The notes under the pieces are model-generated. The model was not told the origin of the DNA. It saw only the letters and a program-made list of their open reading frames with translations, and searched no databases. This document shows, piece after piece, positions 24,037-34,112 of a DNA stretch of 64,000 nucleotides (position 1 is its first letter; every line of letters starts with the position of its first letter). Made by a program: the position numbers and the translations under genes. Location of the stretch: positions 1 to 64,000 of the forward strand of contig JAYZQJ010000022.1 in assembly GCA_036149055.1 (NCBI GenBank), written 5' to 3'. Source of the stretch: Myxococcota bacterium. Its GTDB lineage: Bacteria; Myxococcota_A; Polyangia; Polyangiales; Sandaracinaceae.

Positions 24037-24969
24037 ATGATCCGCTCGCACCGCCTCTGGGCCGTCGTCTCGCTCGCGCTCGTGACCACGCTCGCCGCTC
24101 CCGGCTGCGACCTCACGCGCTTCACCGCCAACTCGACCGCGAACATGTTCTCGCGGGCCTCGGCCGGTCTGGAGCAGCACTTCGACTACGAGCTCGTCGG
24201 AGACGCGCTCCCCGGCAACATCCTCCAGCTCGAGGGCGTCTTCCGGATCATCCCGGACAACGAGCAGCTCGGCATCACGCTCGTGCGCGCCTACACGGCC
24301 TACGGCTTCGGCTGGGTCGAGGACGAGCTCCAGCGCGCGCAGGACCAGGGCGACCTCGACGAGGAGGAGCGCCTGATGGGCCGGGCCCGCCTGCTCTACA
24401 CGCGCGGCCGCAACATCGGCCTGCACCTGATGCGGCTCCGCGACCCGGGCATCGACGCCGCGCTCGAGGGAGGCCACGAGGGCTTCGTCGAGTACATCGA
24501 GCAGAACTACACCTCGGCCGAGGACGTCCCGGTCCTCTTCTGGACCGGCTACGCCTGGGGCTCCGCCATCAACGCGGGCCGCGACGACCCCGAGATGGTC
24601 CTCATGCTGCCCTTCGCGCGGGCGCTCGTGGAGCGCGCGGTCGAGCTCGACGAGAGCTACTACAACTACTCCGGGCTGACCTTCCTCGGCGTGGTCAACG
24701 CGAGCCTCCCGGAGGCCCTCGGCGGCAACCCCGAGGCGGCCCGCGACTACTTCGAGCGGGCCCTCGAGGCGACCAACCGCAACTTCTACACCGTGCACGT
24801 CAGCTACGCGCGGACCTACGCGGTCGGCCAGCAGGACCGCGACCTCTACATCAACCTCCTCCGCGAGGTGGTGGACGGCGGCGATCCGGTGTCCGAGGCC
24901 CGGCTGACCAACCGGATGGCGCGCCGCCGCGCGATCCGCTGGCTCGAGCGGACCGATCAGCTCTTCTGA
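24037..24969 (+). CDS. TRAP transporter T-component (TatT-family TPR lipoprotein)
   Basis: Lipobox APGC; LFWTGYAWGSAIN, LDESY, GGNPEAARDYFERA; first gene of a TRAP operon. Confidence 0.85.
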   Translation: MIRSHRLWAVVSLALVTTLAAPGCDLTRFTANSTANMFSRASAGLEQHFDYELVGDALPGNILQLEGVFRIIPDNEQLGITLVRAYTAYGFGWVEDELQRAQDQGDLDEEERLMGRARLLYTRGRNIGLHLMRLRDPGIDAALEGGHEGFVEYIEQNYTSAEDVPVLFWTGYAWGSAINAGRDDPEMVLMLPFARALVERAVELDESYYNYSGLTFLGVVNASLPEALGGNPEAARDYFERALEATNRNFYTVHVSYARTYAVGQQDRDLYINLLREVVDGGDPVSEARLTNRMARRRAIRWLERTDQLF

Positions 24970-25092
24970 TGAATGCGGAGCCGCCCGGCTCCGTCCGAGC
25001 CCCCGCCGAGCCAGGTGAATCACGCCCGGATTCGGGCTAGCCTCTGCCCCCGCCGCGCCTCGGAGCGGCGGGAAGACCCATGGGATGGTGAC

Positions 25093-26106
25093 ATGAGAAA
25101 GCGACACTTCTTCTTCGTGGCCCTGCTGGCAGCCGGGCTCACGATGCTGCCCGGCACGGCGCCTCGGCCGGTCGACGCGCAGGAGACGACGACCCTGCGG
25201 ATCGCGACCCTGGCGCCGCGCGGCTCGTCCTGGATGCGCGTCTTCGACGCCTGGAACAACACGCTGCGCCAGCGGACCAACAACCGCCTGCAGCTGCGCG
25301 TCTACGCCGGCGGCACGCAGGGCGACGAGCGCGACGTCATCCGCAAGATCCGGATCGGGCAGCTCGACGGCGCGGCCGTGACCTCGACCGGCCTCAGCCT
25401 GATCGTCCGCCCCGTCCTGGTGCTCCAGGCGCCGGGCGTGGTCGAGAGCTACCAGCAGCTCGACCGGGCGCGCGCCGCGATGAACGACGAGTTCTCGCAG
25501 CAGTTCGAGTCCAACGGCGTGAAGCTCATGGGCTGGGGCGACGTCGGCGAGGGCCGCATCTTCTCCAACCGCGCGATCAACCGCCCGCAGGACCTCCGCA
25601 GCGTCCGCCCCTGGGTGTGGCGTGACGACAGCATGTTCGGCACCTTCCTCGAGGTCATCGGCGCCAACGGCGTCCGCCTCGGCGTGCCGGAGGTGCTCCC
25701 GGCGCTCAGCACCGGTCAGATCGACACGGTCGTCGCCTCCGCCACCGCCGCCAGCGCGCTGCAGTGGCACACCCGCGTGACCCACGTCACCCAGCAGGCG
25801 AACAGCTTCCTGATCGGCGCGACCATCATCTCGAAGCAGAAGTACGACTCGCTCCCGGCGGACCTCCAGCAGGCGCTGACCGAGACCTCGAACCAGGCGC
25901 ACGAGACCCTCGTCCGCCGCATCCGCCGCGACGACCAGCGCTACTACCGCGCGCTCACGACCCGCCACGGCATCACCGCGGTGGACACCAGCGCGCACGA
26001 GAGCGAGTGGCGTGACGCGGCCCGTCAGACCCGCGAGCGCCTCGCCGGGCGCCTCTACCCGCGCGAGCTCATGCAGCGCGTGATGGCGGCGGCCCGCGGC
26101 CGCTGA
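25093..26106 (+). CDS. dctP: TRAP transporter substrate-binding protein
   Basis: LRIATLAPRGSSW, GDERDVIRKIRIGQLDG, EVLPALSTGQID. Confidence 0.92.
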   Translation: MRKRHFFFVALLAAGLTMLPGTAPRPVDAQETTTLRIATLAPRGSSWMRVFDAWNNTLRQRTNNRLQLRVYAGGTQGDERDVIRKIRIGQLDGAAVTSTGLSLIVRPVLVLQAPGVVESYQQLDRARAAMNDEFSQQFESNGVKLMGWGDVGEGRIFSNRAINRPQDLRSVRPWVWRDDSMFGTFLEVIGANGVRLGVPEVLPALSTGQIDTVVASATAASALQWHTRVTHVTQQANSFLIGATIISKQKYDSLPADLQQALTETSNQAHETLVRRIRRDDQRYYRALTTRHGITAVDTSAHESEWRDAARQTRERLAGRLYPRELMQRVMAAARGR

Positions 26107-26125
26107 CCCCCGCGCGGTCCTCGAG

Positions 26126-26160
26126 AGCCGGTCTCCTCACGGAGGCCGGCTTTTTCTTTT
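26126..26160 (+). terminator. Intrinsic terminator between dctP and dctQ
   Basis: AGCCGGTCTCC-TCAC-GGAGGCCGGCT followed by a T-rich run. Confidence 0.85.
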
Positions 26161-26232
26161 CCGTCGGTCCGTCGGAGACTCGCGTTTCCGCCGCCCCGTC
26201 GGGTACCCTCTCGCCTCGATTCACACGAGGCG

Positions 26233-26937
26233 TTGGCTTTGCAGGCACTGAAGCGATTCGACGATGGCATCGCGCGCGGAGAGGCGGTCCTCGCGACCCT
26301 CTTTCTGCTCTCCATGATCCTGGCGGCGTCGATCCAGGCGGTCTTCCGCAACCTGGCGGGCGCCGAGATCGAGTGGGCGAACGAGGCGCTCAGCTCCCTG
26401 GAGTGGGTCGACCCATTCCTGCAGAAGGGCACGCTGTGGCTGGCCTTCCTGGGCGCGTCGCTCGCCACCCGCGAGGGCCGGCACATCGGGATCGATCTGC
26501 TCCCGCGACTGGCCCCGAAGAAGGCGAAGCTGCTGATGCGCTCCATCGCGGCGCTCTTCTCTTCGGTGGTGAGCTTCTTCCTCGCGCGCGCCTTCTGGGC
26601 GGCGGTGCTGGTCAACGCCGAGGAGCGCCCCGCGACCTACGAGGTCTTCGGTGACTCCGGCGCCCTGCACGTGTGCGACGCGACCGCGGCGCAGGTCGCG
26701 GACGCGAGCCTCGAGATGCCCGGCATCTTCTGCGGCGTGCGCTCGGCGCTCTCCGGCGTGGGCGTGCCGGTCGAGACGCCCGAGGCGGCGCTCCAGCTGA
26801 TCGTGCCCGTCATGTTCGTGGTGATCAGCGCCCGGCTGCTGGCCAACGCGGTCGGCGCGATCATCGAGCTGCGGACCGGAGGCGGAGAGCCCGAGGTCGT
26901 CCGCAAGGACGGCGGCGCGAAGAAGGGGGAGGGCTGA
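26233..26937 (+). CDS. dctQ: TRAP transporter small permease
   Basis: Four TM segments; LWLAFLGASLATREGRHIGID. Confidence 0.88.
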   Translation: MALQALKRFDDGIARGEAVLATLFLLSMILAASIQAVFRNLAGAEIEWANEALSSLEWVDPFLQKGTLWLAFLGASLATREGRHIGIDLLPRLAPKKAKLLMRSIAALFSSVVSFFLARAFWAAVLVNAEERPATYEVFGDSGALHVCDATAAQVADASLEMPGIFCGVRSALSGVGVPVETPEAALQLIVPVMFVVISARLLANAVGAIIELRTGGGEPEVVRKDGGAKKGEG

Positions 26938-26938
26938 C

Positions 26939-28690
26939 ATGGACCCCCTCTTCGTCGTGCTCCTGATCCTCATGGCGTTCCTCGGGGCGCCGCTCTTCGC
27001 CATCTTCGGCGCGGCGGCGATGATCCTCTTCGCCGACAACGGCACCATCACCAGCGTCGCCGTCGACGTCTTCAGCGAGCGCTTCGCCGACAGCCCGACC
27101 CTGGTCACGCTCCCGCTCTTCACCTTCGCCGGCTACCTGATGGCGGAGGCCGGCACCCCGCAGCGTCTCGTCCGCGTCTCGCGGGCGCTCTTCGGCTGGC
27201 TGCCCGGCGGCCTCGCCGTCGTCTGCCTCTTCGCGTCGGCGTTCTTCACCACCTTCACCGGCGGCAGCGGCATCACCATCGTCGCGGTCGGCGGCCTGCT
27301 CTTCCCGGCGCTCCTGCAGGAGAAGTACGACGAGAAGTTCTCGCTCGGGCTGGTGACCACGGGCGGCTCGCTCGGCCTGCTCTTCCCCCCGAGCATCCCG
27401 ATCGTGCTCTACGCGGTCGTCGCCGGGATCCTGATCGACAAGCTCTTCCTCGCCGGCATCGTGCCCGGCCTGCTGACGGTGCTGATCCTCGTCGCCTACT
27501 CGGTGGTGGTCGGCAGCAAGCAGCGCCCCCCGAAGGAGGAGTCGCGCGCCGGGCTGATGCAGTTCCTCCGCTTCTGCGGCGGCGGCATCGCGGGCGCGAT
27601 CGGCTCGGTGGTCGTCTTCGGCGGCCTCGGCGCGGCGATCTCGGGCGAGGGCACCGAGTGGATCGGCGCGCACTTCCAGCTGCTGCTCCTGCCGGTGATG
27701 CTCGGCGCCTTCTTCGCCGGCGCGTTCGCCACCCAGGGGGAGACGCGCGCGGCGGTGCTCGAGGCCTCGTGGGAGATCCTGCTCCCGGCGGTCCTCATCG
27801 CCGGCCTGATGACCGGCGTCCTGCGCATCCACGAGGCGGCCGCCTTCACCGCGCTCTACGTCGTGATCGTCGAGGTCTTCGTCTACAAGGACATCACGAT
27901 CCGCGTCGACCTGCCGCGGGTGATCAAGGACTCGATGACCATGCTCGGGGCCATCCTGGCGATCCTCGCCACGGCCCTCGGCTTCACCGGCTACCTGATC
28001 CAGGCCCGGGTGCCCGAGCGCATGGTCGAGTGGATGGAGCTCTTCATCACGAGCGACATCGCGTTCCTCTTCGCGCTGAACATCTTCCTGCTCGTGGTGG
28101 GCATGCTGATGGACATCTTCAGCGCGATCGTGGTCGTGGTGCCGCTCATCGTGCCCATCGCGCGCCACTTCGGCATCGACCCCTACCACCTCGGGATCGT
28201 CTTTCTCCTCAACCTCGAGATCGGCTACCTGACCCCGCCGGTCGGCCTGAACCTCTTCATCGCCAGCTTCCGCTTCGAGAAACCGGTGACGAAGCTCTAT
28301 ACGGCCGTGCTGCCGTTCATCGGCTTCCTGGTCATCGCGCTGGCGATCACGACCTACGTGCCCGTCCTCTCGACGTGGCTCACCGGGCTGGTCGACACCA
28401 ACGAGATCAGCGCGGACGAGCTCGACGCGATGGACGATCCAGGCGGCGGCGTCGACATCGACGGCCCTGGCCTGGACGACCTCGACGACCTGGGCGGCGA
28501 CACCCTCGACGATCTCGACGACTTGGGTGGCGACACCCTCGACGATCTCGACGACCTCGACATGGGCGGCGAGACCCTCGACGACCTCGACATGGGCGGC
28601 GAGACACTCGACGACCTGGGCGGCGAGACCCTCGACGACCTCGACCCCGGCGGGCCCCCCGCCGAGGGCGAGACGCTCGACGACCTGTAA
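26939..28690 (+). CDS. dctM: TRAP transporter large permease with acidic repeat tail
   Basis: LPLFTFAGYLM, GLLFPPSIP, IGYLTPPVGLNLF. Confidence 0.93.
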   Translation: MDPLFVVLLILMAFLGAPLFAIFGAAAMILFADNGTITSVAVDVFSERFADSPTLVTLPLFTFAGYLMAEAGTPQRLVRVSRALFGWLPGGLAVVCLFASAFFTTFTGGSGITIVAVGGLLFPALLQEKYDEKFSLGLVTTGGSLGLLFPPSIPIVLYAVVAGILIDKLFLAGIVPGLLTVLILVAYSVVVGSKQRPPKEESRAGLMQFLRFCGGGIAGAIGSVVVFGGLGAAISGEGTEWIGAHFQLLLLPVMLGAFFAGAFATQGETRAAVLEASWEILLPAVLIAGLMTGVLRIHEAAAFTALYVVIVEVFVYKDITIRVDLPRVIKDSMTMLGAILAILATALGFTGYLIQARVPERMVEWMELFITSDIAFLFALNIFLLVVGMLMDIFSAIVVVVPLIVPIARHFGIDPYHLGIVFLLNLEIGYLTPPVGLNLFIASFRFEKPVTKLYTAVLPFIGFLVIALAITTYVPVLSTWLTGLVDTNEISADELDAMDDPGGGVDIDGPGLDDLDDLGGDTLDDLDDLGGDTLDDLDDLDMGGETLDDLDMGGETLDDLGGETLDDLDPGGPPAEGETLDDL

Positions 28691-28697
28691 CCCGCCC

Positions 28698-29165
28698 CTA
28701 CAGCCGCCCCGTGATCGTCACGTGGGGGTAGCCGCTGCCGGCGAGGGCGTCCATCGCGTCGACCACCGACGCGTACTGGACGCCGTCGTCGGCGCTGATC
28801 AGAGCCGCGTCCTGGTTCGGGTCCAGCGCGCGGCGGTGGGCGAGGTGCTGGGCGAGCGCGTCGAGATCGTAGGCGCCGTCGCTCGCGAGCGGCACGCGCG
28901 TCTCGTCGCCCGCGTCGGTGAAGAGCACGAAGCCGTCGTGCTGCACGCGGACCGAGAGCAGGGTCGCCGCGCTCTGCTCGACCGGCTGGTCCACGTGGCC
29001 CGGCGCGTCCAGGTTGGCGTCCAGGGACGCGAGCTGGTTCCAGACCGCCGTGACGAGCAGGAACATGATGCAGCAGAGCAAGAGATCGATGAAGGGCACG
29101 AGCGGGATCTCGTGATCGACCGTCTTCTTGCCCCCGTGTCCGCCGTCGGTGCTGATGCTCGCCAT
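28698..29165 (-). CDS. Orphan ExbD/TolR protein, AglQ paralog
   Basis: EIPLVPFIDLLLCCIMFLLVTAVWN is identical to the protein at 35574; ADDGVQYASVVDAMD. Confidence 0.9.
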   Translation of the reverse strand: MASISTDGGHGGKKTVDHEIPLVPFIDLLLCCIMFLLVTAVWNQLASLDANLDAPGHVDQPVEQSAATLLSVRVQHDGFVLFTDAGDETRVPLASDGAYDLDALAQHLAHRRALDPNQDAALISADDGVQYASVVDAMDALAGSGYPHVTITGRL

Positions 29166-29272
29166 GATGTCCTCTCCGCGGAGCGCCTCCGTCTGCCGCG
29201 CTCTTTGGTGTCCGGCGCGCCTCCGGGGTTCCAAACGATCTCGGGGCTGGTACTCTCACTGCGCCAGACCCC

Positions 29273-30415
29273 ATGGATCCGCTGATCGGTACCGAGCTCG
29301 ACGGTCGATATCGCCTCCTCGAGGCGATCGGCGAAGGCGCCATGGGGCGCGTCTACCGCGCGGAGCGGATGGACGGCACCGGCCTGGTCGCGGTGAAGGT
29401 CCTCAACGAGGATTGCACGCGCGAGGCCGACCTCCGGGAGCGCTTCGAGCGGGAGGCGCGCGCGCTCTTCGGGCTCACGCACCCCAACATCCTCGACGTC
29501 CAGGACTACGGCGTCATCGGCGGCCAGCAGCCCTACCTCGTCATGGAGATGCTCCAGGGGCAGAGCCTCGACGAGCTGGTGGACGCCGAGACGCTCGAGC
29601 CCGCGGTGGCGCTCGACCTCGGCCGGCAGGTGCTGACCGGGCTCGCCCACGCCCACGGGCTCGGCGTGCTGCACCGGGATCTCAAGACCGAGAACGTCTT
29701 CGTCGTGCGCTCGCCCGACGGGCGCCTCCACGCGAAGCTGCTCGACTTCGGCCTCGTGAAGTTCGTCGACGACGAGCGCTGGGGGGAGGGGCGGAAGCTC
29801 ACCGTCGCCGGGTCGGTGATGGGCAGCCCCGCCTACATGTCGCCCGAGCAGGGCACCGGGGGGCCGATGGACGCCCGCTCGGACGTCTACTCGGCCGGGG
29901 TGGTGCTCTTCGAGCTGCTCACCGGCGCCTGGCCGTTCGAGGCCGAGTCCCGGGTCGAGATGCTGAAGGCGCACCTCCTCGAGCCGGTGCCGGCCCTGGC
30001 GTCGGCGCGCGCCGGGCTGCAGGCGCGGCCCGAGCTGGACGGGGTGATCCGGAAGGCGATGGCCAAGGAGATGGCCGATCGCTTCGCGGACGCGGGGCAG
30101 ATGCTGGCCGCGCTCGACGCGGTGGCCAGCCCCGCGGCGTGGCTCGTGGAGGCCCCCGCGCCGGCGCGCTCCCCGGCCGGCTCGCTGCCGCCCCCCGCGC
30201 AGATGCCGCCTGCCCAGGCCGGCGCGTTCGCGGCGCCGGTGGCGATGGCCGCGTCGGCGCCGGTGCAGGCGCCCGCCGCGGCCCCGATGGCCGCCCCCCC
30301 TTCCCGACCCCCCGCCTCCGGGTCTAAGCTGCCCTTGATCCTCCTGGGCGCGTTGGTCGGGATCTGTCTGGTGGGAGCTCTCCTGGGCGGCCTGGTCATG
30401 CTTCTCGCGCCGTGA
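29273..30415 (+). CDS. Ser/Thr protein kinase with C-terminal membrane anchor
   Basis: GEGAMGRVY, AVK, HRDLKTEN, DFG, YMSPE. Confidence 0.92.
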   Translation: MDPLIGTELDGRYRLLEAIGEGAMGRVYRAERMDGTGLVAVKVLNEDCTREADLRERFEREARALFGLTHPNILDVQDYGVIGGQQPYLVMEMLQGQSLDELVDAETLEPAVALDLGRQVLTGLAHAHGLGVLHRDLKTENVFVVRSPDGRLHAKLLDFGLVKFVDDERWGEGRKLTVAGSVMGSPAYMSPEQGTGGPMDARSDVYSAGVVLFELLTGAWPFEAESRVEMLKAHLLEPVPALASARAGLQARPELDGVIRKAMAKEMADRFADAGQMLAALDAVASPAAWLVEAPAPARSPAGSLPPPAQMPPAQAGAFAAPVAMAASAPVQAPAAAPMAAPPSRPPASGSKLPLILLGALVGICLVGALLGGLVMLLAP

Positions 30416-30472
30416 CACGATTTCGTGACCCACGATCGGAAACCGGGAGGCGATCGTGGCGATGACGCCGGC

Positions 30473-31282
30473 ATGAAGAAGACGCAGCCCAAGCAGCCGC
30501 CCCATCCCGGCACGACCAAGGACGACTGGGACACCTGGGAGGACGTGGTCGACACCTTCGTCCTCGAGCGCCCCCTTTCGGATCCGGACCTCGCGGCCGA
30601 GGTCCTCCTGGTCTGTCTCGACTACCCCCGCAGCTGGGGGGACTTCGTGGCCGGCCACTGGGCCACCACCGCCCCCACCCGCATCGCGGAGTGGTGGGAG
30701 CCCGGCTGCGGCTACCGCGAGGGGAGGGCGCTCGCCCTGATCGAGCGGTTCGTCCGCTGGATGCACGGCCGCGGCGATCTCAACCGCTGGCAGATCGACC
30801 GGCTCCTCCACGCCGTCGACGACGGCCGCGAGAGCGTGGGTCTGCCCCGCCGCACGCCGGTCTCGGCCTTCGAGAGGCCGGTGACGGCTCACGACGTCGA
30901 GCCGCTCGCCTTCCGCTTCGCCGCCAGCCTGCCCCACCCGGTGGAGCGGGACTTCGCGCCCGAGGTGGTGTCGATGCTGGCCGCCCACCTCGTCTACCAG
31001 CTCGGCGACGGGCGCTTCCATCCGTTCGGCTCGCTCGCGCCCGAGCAGGTCGCCGAGGTCTTCTGGAGCCCGCCCGAGGAGTCCGGCGAGGAGCCGGTCG
31101 ACGCCGATCAGGCGGCCACCTTCTTCTCGGTCGCGGCCGCGTTCTACCGCTTCCTCGCCACCGAGCAGCGGCTCGAGCCCAGCCAGGCGCAGTACCTGGC
31201 CACCACCTTCAGCCGCCTCGCGCTCTCCACCCAGGCCGTGCTCGGCATGGGCCCCCGGCCTCGCAAGCGCTTCGCCTGCTGA
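30473..31282 (+). CDS. Hypothetical protein
   Basis: GC3-rich ORF filling the gap; no recognised motif; start could be 30425. Confidence 0.7.
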   Translation: MKKTQPKQPPHPGTTKDDWDTWEDVVDTFVLERPLSDPDLAAEVLLVCLDYPRSWGDFVAGHWATTAPTRIAEWWEPGCGYREGRALALIERFVRWMHGRGDLNRWQIDRLLHAVDDGRESVGLPRRTPVSAFERPVTAHDVEPLAFRFAASLPHPVERDFAPEVVSMLAAHLVYQLGDGRFHPFGSLAPEQVAEVFWSPPEESGEEPVDADQAATFFSVAAAFYRFLATEQRLEPSQAQYLATTFSRLALSTQAVLGMGPRPRKRFAC

Positions 31283-31850
31283 TCACGCCAGCGTCGGCCG
31301 CCAGCCGCGGTCGAGGAGGGCGAGCGCGATCCGGGCGAGGTTGCGGCAGTCGTCGATGCCCCGGTGGTGCCGTCCCTCGAGCTCCAGCTCGAGGGATCGC
31401 AGCATCGCGGGCATGCCGCCGCCGCGTCGACCGGTCACCTCGCGGAACGCCACCTTCAGGTTGATCCAGCGGCGATAGGCCGGCGGCGCCTCGAGCCCCG
31501 AGGTCTCGAGCTGCCGCGGCAGCATCGTCTTCAGGTCCCAGTCCCCGCAGGTGAGGAACGCCCAGTCGCCGCCCTCGAGGGGCAGGCCCTGGTCGCGCAG
31601 CCACGCCTGGTGGGCGGCGAAGGCGTCCGGGAAGGTCGGCGCGGCGTCGACCTCGGCCTGGGTGATCCCGGTCAGCGAGCGACAGAACGGGGTGAGGGCC
31701 GGGTGGCGCACCGGGCGCACGAACGACTCGTGCTCCGCGCCGATCCGGGCTGGATCGAGGCGGAGCACGACAGAGGGGAGCTCGCTGAGGCGTCGGCGGG
31801 GCGAAGTCGTCGCAGGTGGCTTCGAAGTCGAGGACGACGAGCGCGTTCAC
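31283..31850 (-). pseudogene. Frameshifted DEDDh 3'-5' exonuclease (ERI-1/KapD-like)
   Basis: LDFEATC in one frame; ELPSV, FVRP, LTGITQ, CGDWD, HHRGIDD in another; shift near 31784. Confidence 0.85.
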
Positions 31851-32299
31851 TCGACGCCGATGAACATCACCATCACGAAGACGATGATGCTCATCACCCC
31901 CCAGACGCCGGCGAGGAACGCGACGAAGAGGGGCAGGATCCGCTCACCGACGATCACCGCCGGCGCCAGCACCACCATGATCAGCGCGAGCAAGCCGCCC
32001 CAGAGGGGCTCGGAGTGCTCCGCGAACCACAGATAGCTCACCACCACGACCGACGCGGCCCCGGCGCCGAAGCCGAAGAGCGCGAGGAGGATGACGAAGA
32101 ACTTCTGTCCGAGGCCGCTGAAGTGCGCGATCGCGGCCAGCAAGGCCGCCACGGCGACGAGGCCCCAGCCCCACACCCCGGACACGCCGACCGACAGGAC
32201 GGCGGCGATCCCCATCGCACCCGCGAGGAAGAAGGTGAGGAAGAACTCGGGGTTGGCGAGGATGCCCTTCCCCTTGGCGATGGCTGCTTCGGTGCTCAT
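31847..32299 (-). CDS. Hypothetical integral membrane protein
   Basis: Almost entirely hydrophobic 150 aa; stop overlaps the exonuclease start. Confidence 0.75.
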   Translation of the reverse strand: MSTEAAIAKGKGILANPEFFLTFFLAGAMGIAAVLSVGVSGVWGWGLVAVAALLAAIAHFSGLGQKFFVILLALFGFGAGAASVVVVSYLWFAEHSEPLWGGLLALIMVVLAPAVIVGERILPLFVAFLAGVWGVMSIIVFVMVMFIGVE

Positions 32300-32314
32300 G
32301 GATGCTCGCTTGGA

Positions 32315-32899
32315 CTACTGGTTGCTCTGGTTCTGCAGCACCACGAAGTGCATGTTCGAGAACTCGGCCTGGCCGAGGGTATAGATCACTTCGGACAGGG
32401 TACGGAAGGGGGTCCGGTTGTCCGCGATGATTTGCACCGTGCCGGTGAACGGGCGCGACGGGTTGCGCGCCTCGATCAGCTTCAGCCGATCGCGGTGCTG
32501 GATCATGATGTTGTGGAGCGGGGTGATGAGGAACCCCGTGCCGCCGCCCTGCTTCTGGCTGGGATCGACCATGCCGTTGCGGAGCGTCAGGATCTGCCGA
32601 CCGTCGACCACGATCTCGGTGCGGGACAGCTGCACGGGCAGCGCCTGCTCGAGGTTCGCGCGCGACGTGGAGTAGGGGATCTGGAGCTCCGCCGACTGCA
32701 CGACGTTCGCGCTCTCCTGCGCGAACTGCATGATCATGAAGACCAGCAGGATCGTCATGACGTCCATCAGCGGGTAGATGTTGAGCGCCTGCTCGTCGTG
32801 CGGCTCGACCTTGCGCAGCTTGCGGCGGACGAGCTGCTTGACGGCCGACATCGAGGCCGGCTGCTCGTGCTCTTCGGAGGCTTTGGTTTCTTCCGCCAT
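32315..32899 (-). CDS. ExbD/TolR family protein (AglS-type paralog)
   Basis: LNIYPLMDVMTILLVF, IIADNRTPF. Confidence 0.9.
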   Translation of the reverse strand: MAEETKASEEHEQPASMSAVKQLVRRKLRKVEPHDEQALNIYPLMDVMTILLVFMIMQFAQESANVVQSAELQIPYSTSRANLEQALPVQLSRTEIVVDGRQILTLRNGMVDPSQKQGGGTGFLITPLHNIMIQHRDRLKLIEARNPSRPFTGTVQIIADNRTPFRTLSEVIYTLGQAEFSNMHFVVLQNQSNQ

Positions 32900-32908
32900 G
32901 CCGTGCCT

Positions 32909-33466
32909 CTATCGAACGCCCGCCGAAAGCAGGACCTCGGGGAAGAGCTCCTCGGTGCCGTCCGCGCGGAGCGCGTCCATCGCGGCGACGAGGTGCTGGA
33001 ATTCCACCTCGGGGTCCGCGCTGATGATCACCTTGCGCTCCTCGGGGAACTCGCTGTGGACCCGGGCCGCGCACTGCGTGAGCCCGGGCCAGTCGTAGTC
33101 GCCGGCCCGGTTGGGCACCGTGATCACGCGGCCGCTCTGCGTCTGCTCGCAGCCGGGCGCGAGCTTGCCGCCCGAGCCGCTGACGATGACGCCGGTGCTG
33201 GTGATGGTGACGCTGAGGTTCAGCGTGCTCCCGGCGTCGTCGAGCTGGGTTCGTCCCACGCGCCGCCCGAGCGACGGGAGCTGGGCGTCGATCTGGGCGA
33301 CCGCCAGCACCGCCTGCACGGTGGCGAGCAGGAAGATGATGATGTTCACGACGATGTCGAGGAACGGGACGATGTTCAGCTCGCCCGCGATCTCCGACGG
33401 ATCGGGGTCGTGCGTCTTCGTCCGCTTCTTGACGTAGGCACGCTGCTGCGGGGTGAGCTTGGCCAT
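32909..33466 (-). CDS. ExbD/TolR family protein (AglQ-type paralog)
   Basis: ELNIVPFLDIVVNIIIFLL, SADPEVEFQHLVAAMD. Confidence 0.9.
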   Translation of the reverse strand: MAKLTPQQRAYVKKRTKTHDPDPSEIAGELNIVPFLDIVVNIIIFLLATVQAVLAVAQIDAQLPSLGRRVGRTQLDDAGSTLNLSVTITSTGVIVSGSGGKLAPGCEQTQSGRVITVPNRAGDYDWPGLTQCAARVHSEFPEERKVIISADPEVEFQHLVAAMDALRADGTEELFPEVLLSAGVR

Positions 33467-33488
33467 GGGTGCGGCGCTCTACAGCAGC

Positions 33489-34112
33489 TCAGCGGCCCTT
33501 GAGGAGGAGCAGGTTCTCGAGCTTCATGACCGAGCGCTCCATGTCGTGCTTGATGCGCTTGACCATGCCGTGGATGATCAGGTGGAAGATCATGCAGAGC
33601 ACGGCGATGCCGAGGCCGAGCGCCGTGTTCCACATCGCCTCCGAGATACCCGCGGACAGGAGCGCCGAGCGCTGCGCCGGGGCGGCGTGAGCGACGGCGC
33701 CGAAGGCGCGGATGAGGCCGGAGATGGTGCCGAGCAGACCGATGAGGGTCGCGATGTTGGCGAGCGTCCAGAGCGCGCCGACGCGCTTCTCGAGCTCGGG
33801 CATCAGCTCCGCCATCCGCTCTTCCATCGACGCGATGACCGCCTCCTCACCCCGGTTGACCTGGGTGAGACCGGACTTGACCACCTGCAGCAGGGGCAGC
33901 GGCGCCGCCTCGCACAGCTTGATGGCGCGATCGATGTTGCCGGCCTGAACCAGCTTGCGGATCTGCGCCATGAACTCCTGGCTGTTGACGCGGTACTTCG
34001 TGAGGATGAAGACGAACCGCTCCGCGATGATCGCCAGCACGATGGCCAGAACGGCGATGTTCACGAACGAGAACGGCGCCCCATCCATCATGGCGTGCCA
34101 GATTTCCTGCAT
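33489..34112 (-). CDS. MotA/TolQ/ExbB proton channel protein (AglR paralog)
   Basis: IAER, ATLIGLLGTISGLIRAF, GISEAMWNTALGL. Confidence 0.92.
   Translation of the reverse strand: MQEIWHAMMDGAPFSFVNIAVLAIVLAIIAERFVFILTKYRVNSQEFMAQIRKLVQAGNIDRAIKLCEAAPLPLLQVVKSGLTQVNRGEEAVIASMEERMAELMPELEKRVGALWTLANIATLIGLLGTISGLIRAFGAVAHAAPAQRSALLSAGISEAMWNTALGLGIAVLCMIFHLIIHGMVKRIKHDMERSVMKLENLLLLKGR

Noticed and set aside
30473..31282. Integrase N-terminal (SAM-like) domain suggested by FYRFL and FVRWM helices
   Set aside because: No R-H-R-Y catalytic residues; the resemblance is too weak to call.
31780..31790. Programmed ribosomal frameshift in the exonuclease
   Set aside because: No slippery heptamer or homopolymer, and conserved residues are missing, which fits a deletion.
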